Shown piece by piece: positions 29,916 through 39,579 of a DNA stretch of 64,000 nt. This DNA is from Longimicrobiales bacterium. GTDB taxonomy: Bacteria > Gemmatimonadota > Gemmatimonadetes > Longimicrobiales > Gaopeijiaceae. The notes below the pieces were generated by a model that searched no databases, was not told the origin of the DNA, and was given only the letters and a program-made list of their open reading frames with translations. The translations under genes and the position numbers were made by a program. Within the stretch, counting starts at the first letter, position 1; every line of letters begins with the position of its first letter. Location of the stretch: positions 1,280,001 through 1,344,000 of the forward strand of contig CBDDCX010000008.1 of assembly GCA_965226375.1 (NCBI GenBank), written 5' to 3'.

Positions 29916-30446
29916 TTACTGCTCGCCGGCCATGGAACGGATGCTCACCGACAACGCACCATGGAGCCTTCTGGTCGACGAGGGACGACTGAAGTTCCCC
30001 CGAATTCCGATGGACCGCTGGACCAACGTGGACGGGGTCTTCGACGTACGTATGGTGCCGGTCCCGCATCGCCCCGAATTCTCGGACACCGTGGGATACA
30101 TGTTCCGAGGCCCCCGACAGACCGTCCTCTATGTGCCGGACATCGATTCGTGGGAAGAGTGGGACGGCCGGTGGCGGAGGTGGTGGCCGGTGTGGACGTC
30201 GCGCTCATCGACGGGAGTTTCTATTCCGGAGATGAAGTGCCGGGCCGCAACATCGAGGACATTCCCCATCCGCTCGTGCCCCACAGCATGGATCTCCTCG
30301 AAGACGTGGCACGAAGCGAGAGTCGCGTGATCTTCATCCACCTGAACAACACGAATCCTGCACTGGAACGTGGGGGTGCCGCCGAGCGCGAGATCCAACG
30401 CAGGGGGTTCGAGGTTGCTACAGAGGGGCTGCGGATTCCGCTCTAG
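29916..30446 (+). pseudogene. PqqB-like metallo-beta-lactamase-fold hydrolase, C-terminal half, frameshifted near 30165
   Basis: NAPWSLL...VPHRPEFSDTVG...YVPDIDSW in one frame, then DGSFYS...IPHP...FIHLNNTNP in another; the N-terminal HxHxxH half is absent. Confidence 0.8.
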
Positions 30447-30447
30447 G

Positions 30448-31731
30448 TCACGCCTGCCAGACGACCTCTCCACCTACGATCGTGTATCGGGCTCGCCCAG
30501 TGAGATTCCATCCATGGAAGGGCGTGTTCCCGCTCTTCGACAAGAACGCCGCACGATCCACCGTCCAAGCTTCGTCCAGATCGATGATCGTGACGTCACC
30601 GATCGAACCGTTCGACAGGGTACCTCCCTCTAGGCTGAAGGCCCGTGCCGGGCTACAACTCATTCGGTCCACCAAGGTCGTCAGATCGATAACGCCTTCC
30701 CCCACGACCTGTGTCAGGGCCAGCCCTAGAGAGGTTTCCAGACCCACAATGCCGTTCGGCGCATCGTCGAAGGCCTGCTCCTTCTCGTCGTAGTGGTGAG
30801 GCGCATGGTCAGTCGCCAGCACACAGAGGGTCCCGTCTGCCAGGCCCTGGCGGACCGCTTCGCGATCGACGGCCGAACGGAGGGGCGGGTTCATCTTTGC
30901 ATCGGTGCTGTACCCTTCAACGGCGTCGTCGGTAAGGATCAGGTGATGCGGCGATGCCTCCGCCGTCACCCTGATACCTCGCGCCTTCGCCTGCCGGATC
31001 GCGTCCACTCCGTACGCCGTGGACACGTGCTGCAAGTGGATACGCCCTCCGGTGAGCTCAGCCAGCAACAGGTCACGGACGATGTGCACGTCTTCAGAGG
31101 CGTTGGGCTTGCCCCTCAAGCCGAGTCGCGTGGACACCAGCCCTTCGTTCATGACCCCCTGCCCCGAGAGTCCCAGGTCTTCGGGATGGTCCGCGACCGG
31201 CACTTCGAACGCCTGCGCGTATTCCATCGCCCGCCGCATGAGACCGGAATCCATGACCGGGTTACCGTCGTCGGTAATTCCCACCGCACCGGCAGCCACC
31301 ATCTCGCCGATGGCGGCCAGTTGGCGACCCTCCTGTCCGTGTGAAATGGCACCGACCGGATAGACCCGGGCGGCCTTCGCGGCGGCTCCCTGCGCCAGAA
31401 CAAAGCCGACCCCTGCGGGGTCGTCGATCACCGGGTTAGTGTTGGGCATGGCACAGATGGCGGTGAACCCTCCTGCCGCCGCAGCCCGCGCACCGGTTGC
31501 GATCGTTTCCTTATGCTCGCCGCCGGGCTCTCGAAGATGGACGTGGACGTCGATAAGACCGGGCGTAACCATCAATCCCGACGCGTCGATCTCCTGCGCG
31601 CCGTCCGGAGCGTCGATTCCTTCGCCAACTCCCGCAACCAGTCCTTCGACAATCAGAACGTCTCTGGTGCCGTCCAGATCCTGGCTCGGGTCGACGACCC
31701 GCCCACCTCGGATCAGAAGCGCGTCGCTCAT
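30448..31731 (-). CDS. pyrC: Dihydroorotase
   Basis: [28 protein letters not shown]. Confidence 0.96.
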   Translation of the reverse strand: MSDALLIRGGRVVDPSQDLDGTRDVLIVEGLVAGVGEGIDAPDGAQEIDASGLMVTPGLIDVHVHLREPGGEHKETIATGARAAAAGGFTAICAMPNTNPVIDDPAGVGFVLAQGAAAKAARVYPVGAISHGQEGRQLAAIGEMVAAGAVGITDDGNPVMDSGLMRRAMEYAQAFEVPVADHPEDLGLSGQGVMNEGLVSTRLGLRGKPNASEDVHIVRDLLLAELTGGRIHLQHVSTAYGVDAIRQAKARGIRVTAEASPHHLILTDDAVEGYSTDAKMNPPLRSAVDREAVRQGLADGTLCVLATDHAPHHYDEKEQAFDDAPNGIVGLETSLGLALTQVVGEGVIDLTTLVDRMSCSPARAFSLEGGTLSNGSIGDVTIIDLDEAWTVDRAAFLSKSGNTPFHGWNLTGRARYTIVGGEVVWQA

Positions 31732-32699
31732 TCCTCGCCCCCCTGCTTGGCGGCCGCGGCCGTATCCGGCTCGCCGCCTGCCAGCAGATAGAGGACCGCC
31801 ATCCGAACCGCGACCCCGTTCGTGACCTGTTCGAGAATCACGGAGTGTGGGCCATCGGCAACGTCACTGTCGATCTCCACGCCGCGGTTCATCGGGCCAG
31901 GGTGCATGATCAGTACATCCTTGGGAGCACTCTCGAGGCGGGCACTCGTAACCCCCCACACCTGGTTGTATTCACGCAGGCTCGGCAGGAAGCCACCTTC
32001 CATGCGTTCCAGTTGAAGGCGGAGCACGTTGAGGACGTCGGCCCACTCGATGGCCTCTTCAATGCGCTGGAAGACGGTCACACCAAGGTCGGCAATCCCC
32101 ATCGGGAGCAGCGTTCGCGGACCACATACGGCGACCTCGGCTCCGAGCTTGACGAGCCCATAGATGTTGGAGCGAGCCACCCTCGAATGTAGGATGTCAC
32201 CGACCATGCAGACCTTGAGTCCCTCTATGCGTCCCAGGTGATCCCGGATGGTCAACATGTCCAGAAGAGCCTGCGTGGGATGCTCGTGGCTCCCGTCACC
32301 GGCGTTGATGACCATCGAAGGAATGCGCTCCGCAAGGAACTTGGCCGCCCCGGACGAGCCGTGGCGCATGACCACCATGTCGATCCGCATGGCCTCGAGG
32401 TTGCGCGCGGAGTCGACAAGGGTCTCGCCCTTCACGACCGACGAGCCACTCGAAGAGATGTTCACCGTATCGGCGCTCAGGCGCTTTTCCGCGAATTCGA
32501 AGGATACGCGTGTACGGGTAGAGGGCTCGAAGAAGAGGTTGACGATCGTCTTTCCGCGCAGGACCGGCACCTTCTTGATGCGTCGTTCGGAGATTTCCTT
32601 GAACGGCTCTGCGGCGTCGAGAATCGTCAGGATCTGCTCAGATGTGAGGTGCTCGAGGCCGACCAGGTCCTTTCCGATGGAAGAGGCTGTTCGACTCAT
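31728..32699 (-). CDS. pyrB: Aspartate carbamoyltransferase catalytic subunit
   Basis: [20 protein letters not shown]. Confidence 0.97.
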   Translation of the reverse strand: MSRTASSIGKDLVGLEHLTSEQILTILDAAEPFKEISERRIKKVPVLRGKTIVNLFFEPSTRTRVSFEFAEKRLSADTVNISSSGSSVVKGETLVDSARNLEAMRIDMVVMRHGSSGAAKFLAERIPSMVINAGDGSHEHPTQALLDMLTIRDHLGRIEGLKVCMVGDILHSRVARSNIYGLVKLGAEVAVCGPRTLLPMGIADLGVTVFQRIEEAIEWADVLNVLRLQLERMEGGFLPSLREYNQVWGVTSARLESAPKDVLIMHPGPMNRGVEIDSDVADGPHSVILEQVTNGVAVRMAVLYLLAGGEPDTAAAAKQGGEE

Positions 32700-33229
32700 T
32701 GCGCCTCCGTTGGGACCTTCACGATGTCCACCGCGAGCTTGCCGTCGATCTCGGGGACACTCACGTCCACAGTCTGGTCCGGAAGCACGGACACCACCCG
32801 CCCCACCACATCCGGCTGAATCGGGATTTCACGTCCGCCTCGATCGATGAGCACGCAGAGAAATACTCGTGAGGGCCGCCCCCAATCCATGAGCTCGTTC
32901 AAGGCTGCCCGGATGGTGCGTCCGGTGAAGAGGACGTCGTCCACGAGCACCACCGCGCGTCCGTCTATCCCCCCGGGGGGCAATACGGACTCGCCCACCA
33001 CCGGACGGGGCCCGACCACCATCAAGTCGTCACGGTAGAGGGTGATGTCCAGGGTGCCGAACGGAAGGGCCACACCTTCTGCCCGTTCGATTTCGGTCTG
33101 GATCAGGTGAGCGATCTGGACGCCGCGTCGCTGAATGCCCAGGAGGGCGAGTTCGTTGGGTCCTTCGTTGCGTTCGACGAGCTCACGGGCCATGCGTGCT
33201 ACCGCCCGTCGAAACGCCTGTTCGTCCAT
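32696..33229 (-). CDS. pyrR: PyrR pyrimidine regulator / uracil phosphoribosyltransferase
   Basis: [32 protein letters not shown]. Start is ATG 33229 or CTG 33244. Confidence 0.93.
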   Translation of the reverse strand: MDEQAFRRAVARMARELVERNEGPNELALLGIQRRGVQIAHLIQTEIERAEGVALPFGTLDITLYRDDLMVVGPRPVVGESVLPPGGIDGRAVVLVDDVLFTGRTIRAALNELMDWGRPSRVFLCVLIDRGGREIPIQPDVVGRVVSVLPDQTVDVSVPEIDGKLAVDIVKVPTEAQ

Positions 33230-33443
33230 GATCGAGACGTGCAGTGCAAGCTCCTGTCGTAGACTCGATTCCCCTATGCGACAATCCCCAAAGGCCGATC
33301 CCCGGTGGAGCCGGCCCCCGGGGTTGGTGCTACGCGTCCAGGGCGCCGGAAGGTAGACAAGGTCCCGATGCTTTACAAGGGAACCGCGGCCCGGCATCAT
33401 GAACGCCGTTTGGCCGACCCCAACACCCCCGCAAAGGGCCCTC

Positions 33444-35402
33444 ATGCGTGTGAGCTTTGTCTTCCGTCTCTTCCTGTTCACGATTGCTCTCAGTGCGTTT
33501 TCACCGCAAGTCTCCGTGGCCCAGGAAGTGAGCCAGGCACCCAAGGTGGTCCTCGGCGGAGTGCCGTTCACGCTCGACGTGACCGGCGGAGGAGACGCGT
33601 CGCTCTGGTATGAGGTGCGTGATGCGGGCAACACCCTCATGGGCTCAGGCACCGTTGCCCCCGGAGAGACCGCGACGGTGGCCGATCTGATGGTTCCCGC
33701 ACGGGACGGGCTGCCTTTGACGGTGCTGATCGGCGACACGACACACGAAGTGCGCCCCTCTTTCGCTCCCGGATGGTTCTCGCTCGTTCCGCCCCTGGTC
33801 GCCATCCTGCTCGCTCTGCTCTTCAAGGAGGTCATCACCGCCCTCTTCGCGGGCGTCTGGCTCGGCGCCCTGGCCGTGGCCGGATACAACCCCCTGTCCG
33901 CGCTCTGGCGGACCATCGATACGTATGCGGTGCAGGCCCTCGGAGACGTGGACGGAGGCCACACCCAGATCGTGATCTTCTCGCTGCTCCTGGGGGGACT
34001 GGTCGGGATCGTGGCCCGCAACGGAGGCACACAAGGCATCGTCGACGCCGTGAGCCCCTTTGCGAGCACCAGTCGGCGTGGGAAGATCGCTACGTGGCTG
34101 GCAGGACTTGCCATTTTCTTCGACGACTACGCGAACACGCTCATTGTCGGGAACACCATGCGGCCCATCACGGATCGCTTGAGGATTTCCCGTGAGAAGC
34201 TCGCATATATCGTGGACTCGACCGCCGCGCCCGTGGCGGCGTTGGTCCCCATATCGACCTGGGTGGGCTACGAGATTTCCCTCATCGCCGACGGGATGAG
34301 GATCGCCGCGGCCCAGCCGGGCACGGATCCGGCCCTGGCGGGAACGCTCTCGTCCGTAAGCCCCTTCGCGGTTTTCGTCGCCACGATCCCCTACCTTTTC
34401 TACCCGCTCCTGGCCCTGGCCTTTGTCTTCATCACGTCCATCATGAACCGCGACTTCGGCCCGATGGCCGCGGCGGAAAGACGGGCCGCTCGCGGCGAGG
34501 GCCTACACCGCCCCGGAGCCCAGCTGACGATGGACACGGCCGACACACTCCTGGTACCCGCCGAGGGGGCGGTTCCGCGCTGGTACAACGCAGCCATTCC
34601 CGTGTTCACCGTGATTCTCGTCGTCCTGGGTGGACTCTATACGACGGGGCGTGCCTCCGTCGAAGCAGACGCTTCACTGATGGACATTTTCGGGGCCGCC
34701 GACCCCTTTGCCACCCTTCTGTGGGGATCCTTCGCCGGCTGCTTGATGGCCATCTGCCTCTCGGTCGTCCAACGCATCCTGTCGGTGAAGGAATCCTTGG
34801 ACGCCTGGTTCGCGGGAATCAAGGCCATGATCATCGCGATGATCGTCCTCATTCTGGCGTGGTCCCTTGGGCAGGTCACGAACGACCTCGGGACCGCCCA
34901 GTACCTGGCCATGGCCCTGAGCGACGCCCTTCCCATCGAGGTCGTGCCTGCTCTGGTGTTCCTCACGGCGGCGGCGATGGCCTTCGCGACCGGCACCTCA
35001 TGGGCCACGATGGCCATTCTCCTCCCCCTTGTGATCCCCCTCACCGTGAGTCTGGGTGGTGGCGAGGGCTTCATGGTGGCAGGAGAGTATTCGATTCTGC
35101 TCGGCTCCATCAGTTCGGTACTGGCCGGGGCCATCTTCGGGGACCACTGCTCCCCGATTTCAGATACAACGGTGTTGAGTTCAACAGCGGCCGCTTGCGA
35201 TCACGTCGACCACGTGAAGACCCAGCTTCCCTATGCGCTCCTCGTCGCTGGTCTGGGCATGGTGGTCGGGAATCTGGGAACGGCTCTGGGACTGCCCGTT
35301 TGGATCGCCCTGCTCCTGGGCGTGATCATCTTGGTCGGATTCCTGAAGCTTCTAGGCACTTCCGTGAGTCAGGAGGACATGGCCGCCGGAATGGCGTCGT
35401 AG
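33444..35402 (+). CDS. Na+/H+ antiporter NhaC-family transporter with N-terminal extracytoplasmic domain
   Basis: FFDDYANTL, DSTAAP, FATGTSW, GDHCSPISDTT; many TM helices. Confidence 0.9.
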   Translation: MRVSFVFRLFLFTIALSAFSPQVSVAQEVSQAPKVVLGGVPFTLDVTGGGDASLWYEVRDAGNTLMGSGTVAPGETATVADLMVPARDGLPLTVLIGDTTHEVRPSFAPGWFSLVPPLVAILLALLFKEVITALFAGVWLGALAVAGYNPLSALWRTIDTYAVQALGDVDGGHTQIVIFSLLLGGLVGIVARNGGTQGIVDAVSPFASTSRRGKIATWLAGLAIFFDDYANTLIVGNTMRPITDRLRISREKLAYIVDSTAAPVAALVPISTWVGYEISLIADGMRIAAAQPGTDPALAGTLSSVSPFAVFVATIPYLFYPLLALAFVFITSIMNRDFGPMAAAERRAARGEGLHRPGAQLTMDTADTLLVPAEGAVPRWYNAAIPVFTVILVVLGGLYTTGRASVEADASLMDIFGAADPFATLLWGSFAGCLMAICLSVVQRILSVKESLDAWFAGIKAMIIAMIVLILAWSLGQVTNDLGTAQYLAMALSDALPIEVVPALVFLTAAAMAFATGTSWATMAILLPLVIPLTVSLGGGEGFMVAGEYSILLGSISSVLAGAIFGDHCSPISDTTVLSSTAAACDHVDHVKTQLPYALLVAGLGMVVGNLGTALGLPVWIALLLGVIILVGFLKLLGTSVSQEDMAAGMAS

Positions 35403-35438
35403 CCCGAGGGCTGCGGCCCGCTCATGAATGTCGGACCG

Positions 35439-35496
35439 AGTGTCCTGTCCCGGAAATACGCCGGCATTCAGGACCGTATTTCTGGGACAGGACACT
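35439..35496. repeat. 22-bp inverted repeat (REP/MITE-like palindrome) between convergent genes
   Basis: AGTGTCCTGTCCCGGAAATACG at 35439-35460 and CGTATTTCTGGGACAGGACACT at 35475-35496; one mismatch. Confidence 0.85.
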
Positions 35497-36675
35497 TAGC
35501 GTCCGAAGCCTGCCTGGCCCACGCGACGCAGGAACGGTACGTCGCCCGCGCCTTCTCCGGAGGCGACCGCCCAGTCGTAGGAAAACAGCATGACGCCTCG
35601 CACGCCCATCGCGCGGGCGATCCCGATCATGTCGAGCGTGCCCTGGTAACTGGCTACGTGGGTCCCCACAGCCGCCCACACGCGCTGTGCGCCTCCGACC
35701 CGCACCGCCTGGTCCATCAAGATCCTGGTACCGTTCGTCGTCAGCCGTGTAGGCCATCGGGGCCACCACGTCGATGATACCGTCACGGATCCATGCACCC
35801 CAGTCCTGATATCTCTGTGTGAAAGAGGTATTCAGGTCCGGGAAGACCGCGGCGGACACCACCACCTGTGGGCGTCGTCGCTTAACGCCCGTATAGATAC
35901 GCTCCACGAGGTCCGTGATCTGCGCCCGCCGGAACTCCGACCACGGTCCGGGCAAGGCTTCGGCATACGCCAGAGGATCGGTCATGAGAGATTCGTCAAG
36001 CTGGGCGCGCCGATCGGGGGACAGCCGCTCTCCCACCCATGAACGGAAGCGGGCCAACGCACACCGCGAGTAGTCGTACTCGCCACTGGGATAACGCACA
36101 TAGTCCAGGTGGATACCGTCGACGTCATAACGATCCACGAGATCCATGATCACCGCGTAGACCCTCTCCTTGACCTCCGGGCTCGACGGACTCGAGTAGA
36201 GACCTTCGACGCGGCTTCGGTTTTCCTCCGCATGGCGTCTCAGACGCTCCAGATACCCGGATTCCTCAGGGCTCATGCCATGCAGATCACCCGCGAGCTC
36301 CCTTGGCACGGCGAGGAGATCCGGCCTCGCGTGCACCAGATGAGCGCGATCGGCGGGAAGACGCGGAGCGTTCACGATCAGATGCACGTTCACCCAGGCA
36401 TGCACTTCGAGCCCCCTCCTGTGCGCCTCCTCGAGGGTCAAGGCCAACGGATCGAACTCGGGCCGCTGACGCAGGGCGTCGGCTACCGAGGTCGATCCTG
36501 CAGGCCCCCTGCCCGGGACCTCTAGAGTCGGGCCTGCGGCCTCGCGTGAACCGGAGGCGTCGCCCGTAGCTCTCACAGAGCCCACCGTTTGGCAGGAACC
36601 ACTCAAGAAGACCGCGACCGCGTAGGCTCGGATCACCCGGAGCCCGCTCTTCCGAACCCTAGCCCCTTCGAGCAC
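35496..36675 (-). pseudogene. Glycoside hydrolase-like family 10 (GHL10/DUF187) lipoprotein, frameshifted near 35722
   Basis: FDPLA...EAHRRGLEVHAW, DGIHLDYVRYP, QDW, PMAY. The C-terminus (RVWAAVG...GVMLFSY) is in another frame ending at 35496. Confidence 0.8.
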
Positions 36676-37201
36676 GAAAGAACTCCTTCAGCAACCTCCC
36701 GCAAGCATCGGCCAACACGTCTCCGGTGACCGCGATCCCGTGATTGAGCCGCTCGTCTTGGACCAGGTTGCCGAGGCTCCCCACCATACCGGCCTTCGGA
36801 TCCGGCGCTCCGAACACGAGACGCGGAAGGCGAGACAGAACCAATGCGCCCGCACACATGGCACACGGCTCCAGGGTCACGTAGAGCGTAGCCTCAAGGA
36901 GTCTCCAGTCACCGAGGCGCCGTGCTGCCTCGCGAAGCACGACGACCTCTGCATGTGCGGTGGGATCCTGCGCCGTCACGGTCCGGTTGTGTCCCTCGGC
37001 CAGCAGCCGGCCCTGCCAGGTGAGTACCGCGCCCACCGGCACCTCACCCCGAGAGCCCGCCAGTACAGCCATCTCCAGAGCCCGGGCCATCCACATGGAA
37101 TCGGTGGACTCCGATGGGGTCCAGTCTACCGGGGGGGAAGACGTGGGGGCGCCCAAGGCTAGACTATCGGAACGTGATGTCCAGGGAGAGCCCCCGGACA
37201 C
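36659..37201 (-). CDS. tadA: tRNA adenosine(34) deaminase
   Basis: GEVPVGA, TAHAE, TLEPCAMC, DPKAG. Confidence 0.95.
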   Translation of the reverse strand: MSGGSPWTSRSDSLALGAPTSSPPVDWTPSESTDSMWMARALEMAVLAGSRGEVPVGAVLTWQGRLLAEGHNRTVTAQDPTAHAEVVVLREAARRLGDWRLLEATLYVTLEPCAMCAGALVLSRLPRLVFGAPDPKAGMVGSLGNLVQDERLNHGIAVTGDVLADACGRLLKEFFRARRG

Positions 37202-37206
37202 ATCCT

Positions 37207-37890
37207 CTAGTGTGCCGTGCTGCTGACCAGGATGGCGGCACCGTCCATGCGCCGGTACAGTGCCACGACCCGCCCGATAAGTTGCAGCCGCGATGGATCC
37301 TCAACAGCAGTCGCCTGTCCTCCGCCGTGCACAGGTATGAGGAATACGCCGCGTCCGTTTCGCGAGAACTCGTAGAAGGATGGCCCACCGTCGATCCGCG
37401 CAACGACGATCGCTTCCGCCGCTAACTCATCGACGGAGGTGGGCTCCACGAGCAGGTAGTCACCATCGTGAATACCGAGCGAGGCGAATTCTGCTCCGCT
37501 CGCACGAACGAAGAACGACCCCTTCACACCGGCGAGGCGCCGGTCCATGGTCAGGTGCATCTCGGCCTGTTCGATTCGCAGGCCTACCCGATCTTGCGGG
37601 AGTTCATGATAACAGGGAACCGACACGGTCTGAGCGCTCAGGTCCACACCCAGGATCTTCACCCCGCGCGAGCGGGAGGGGTCCCGCTCCAAAAATCCCT
37701 TGTCGGCCAGGGCCTGAAGGTGCTCGGAAACGGTCTTAGTGCTCTTGATCCCAAACCGTTCGCCGATCTCGCGGATGGAGGGCTGATACGTGTTGGTACG
37801 CAGGTAATGCACCATGAAGTCGAGTATTTTGCGCTCGATTTCGGTGATGCCTTGGTCCATCCGTGACGCCGATATTCTTGGATTCGGCAC
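37207..37890 (-). CDS. lexA: LexA-like repressor with a degenerate S24 peptidase domain
   Basis: LexA winged HTH (PSIREIG...HLQALADKGFLER...SRG) and GIHDGD and IVVARID remnants; no Ala-Gly site and no catalytic Ser or Lys. Confidence 0.8.
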   Translation of the reverse strand: MPNPRISASRMDQGITEIERKILDFMVHYLRTNTYQPSIREIGERFGIKSTKTVSEHLQALADKGFLERDPSRSRGVKILGVDLSAQTVSVPCYHELPQDRVGLRIEQAEMHLTMDRRLAGVKGSFFVRASGAEFASLGIHDGDYLLVEPTSVDELAAEAIVVARIDGGPSFYEFSRNGRGVFLIPVHGGGQATAVEDPSRLQLIGRVVALYRRMDGAAILVSSTAH

Positions 37891-37914
37891 TCAACACCCA
37901 CTTACATACAGAAT

Positions 37915-37926
37915 AAACACCTGTTC
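37915..37926 (-). promoter_or_regulatory. Candidate LexA operator GAAC-AGGT-GTTT
   Basis: One mismatch to GAAC-N4-GTTC; lies between the putative promoter and the lexA start. Confidence 0.5.
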
Positions 37927-37965
37927 CCGCCACCGAAAGGGTCTTGTCGGGGCTGGGATGAGGAC

Positions 37966-37995
37966 ATCCTAATGCGCGGCGATCCACCGAGTCAA
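37966..37995 (-). promoter_or_regulatory. Sigma70-like promoter candidate for lexA
   Basis: TTGACT-18 bp-TAGGAT. Confidence 0.4.
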
Positions 37996-38004
37996 GGAAG
38001 GGCC

Positions 38005-39471
38005 CTAATCACGTGCGACAGTCGGTGCTTCAGGAGCCTCGAGACGCTCGATGGCCCAATCCAGGCGCGCCAGAACCCGCTCCCTGCCCAAAAAATCGAG
38101 AACTTCGAAAATTCCGGGACTCGCCGGGCGACCCGTAACGGCCACACGGAGGGGATGGATGACCTTGCCCGCCCCAACGGAAGTCTCCTCTGCATAACCC
38201 CGTATGATCTCTTCCATCGCTACTACGTTCCAGGCGCCATCGGCAAGCCTGGACCGTAGGGTTGTCAGCCTTTCCAGGGTCTCCTCCGGTGACTTGAGCC
38301 AGTGTTTCTGGACCGCCTCAGCATCGAAGTCGAGCTCTTCGGTGAGGAACGGACGGGCCAGATCCACGAGATCGGAGACGCGGCGCGCTCGAGTCTTCAG
38401 GAGATCGATAAGGCCCAAATACCAGTCCCAGCGCTCCTGGAGCTCGTCCACAGTCGCCAGCCCCGCAGCTTCCAGCCCCTCCGTAAGGTAGGGCTCCAGC
38501 TCGACGGCAGTACTCGCGTTGAAGTGTTGTCCAGAGAGCCAATCGAGCTTCTTGGGATCGAAGACGGAGCTCTTCTTGAGCACACGGTCCATGGAGAAAC
38601 GATCAACGAGGTCCTCGACGGTCATTATTTCCTGATCATCGCCCGGACTCCAACCCAACAACGCCAGGAAGTTGACCATGGCCTTGGCTAGAAAGCCCTC
38701 TTCCTCGTAATCGCCTACCGCCGTGGCTCCATGGCGCTTGGAGAGTCGCTTGCCGTCCGAGCCGAGTATCATCGGAACATGGCCGAATATGGGGACGGGC
38801 CACCCCATAGCCTCGTAGATCAAGATCTGCTTCGGCGTGTTCGACAGGTGATCGTCTCCGCGGATCACGTGGCTGATGCGTTGCTCCGCATCATCCGACG
38901 CGACAGCGAGATTGTACGTGGGGCTCCCGTCACTACGGAGAATGACCAGGTCGTCTATGTCCTCGTTCTGAAAAGACATCTCCCCGTGAACCATGTCGTC
39001 CCAGACCGTCTCCCCGTCGGGCACACGAAAACGGACGGCATGAGGCACACCGGTCGCCTCGAGTTCTTCGGCCTCGTCCGGCGCCAGAGACTCCGCACGC
39101 CGCCTGGGCACACGCCGGTCGGAGGCACCGCCCTTGGCCGCCTCCCTCTGTTGAGCGAGTTCCTCGGGGGTCGTGAAGTCCCGGTAGGCCTTTCCCGCGC
39201 TCAGTAGGCCCAGAGCATCCCGCCGATGCCGTTCGACGCCGTCGCTCTGATAGTAGGGACCCTCGTCCCAGTCCAGACCCAGCCAGCGGAGGGCGTGGAG
39301 GATGGCCTCGGTATGCTCGGGCTTCGACCGATCCCGATCAGTGTCTTCGATACGCAGGACGAGCGCACCTCCGTGATGCCGGGCGAACAACCAATTGAAC
39401 AGGGCTGTACGGGCGCCACCTACGTGAAGATATCCTGTTGGTGAGGGGGGGAACCTGACTCGTATCGTCAT
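38005..39471 (-). CDS. gltX: Glutamate--tRNA ligase
   Basis: RFPPSPTGYLHVGG, LRIEDTD, RGDDH, RLSKRHG. Confidence 0.97.
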   Translation of the reverse strand: MTIRVRFPPSPTGYLHVGGARTALFNWLFARHHGGALVLRIEDTDRDRSKPEHTEAILHALRWLGLDWDEGPYYQSDGVERHRRDALGLLSAGKAYRDFTTPEELAQQREAAKGGASDRRVPRRRAESLAPDEAEELEATGVPHAVRFRVPDGETVWDDMVHGEMSFQNEDIDDLVILRSDGSPTYNLAVASDDAEQRISHVIRGDDHLSNTPKQILIYEAMGWPVPIFGHVPMILGSDGKRLSKRHGATAVGDYEEEGFLAKAMVNFLALLGWSPGDDQEIMTVEDLVDRFSMDRVLKKSSVFDPKKLDWLSGQHFNASTAVELEPYLTEGLEAAGLATVDELQERWDWYLGLIDLLKTRARRVSDLVDLARPFLTEELDFDAEAVQKHWLKSPEETLERLTTLRSRLADGAWNVVAMEEIIRGYAEETSVGAGKVIHPLRVAVTGRPASPGIFEVLDFLGRERVLARLDWAIERLEAPEAPTVARD

Positions 39472-39579
39472 ATTATTAAATGATTTACCATAGTTTTTCT
39501 AATGTATATTCTGGTTTTAGCGCCTTCGGCTTCTCCATGTGGAGCCACGCCTCAGAGGGTGCCCCAGAGAGAGCGGTGC

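Noticed and set aside
33260..33330. PyrR-binding attenuator upstream of pyrR
   Set aside because: A GC hairpin exists at 33300-33323, but there is no ARUCCAGAGAGGYU-like motif or terminator U-tract.
32696..34114. 472-aa extended PyrR
   Set aside because: The extension is antisense to the NhaC gene; PyrR homology begins near 33244.
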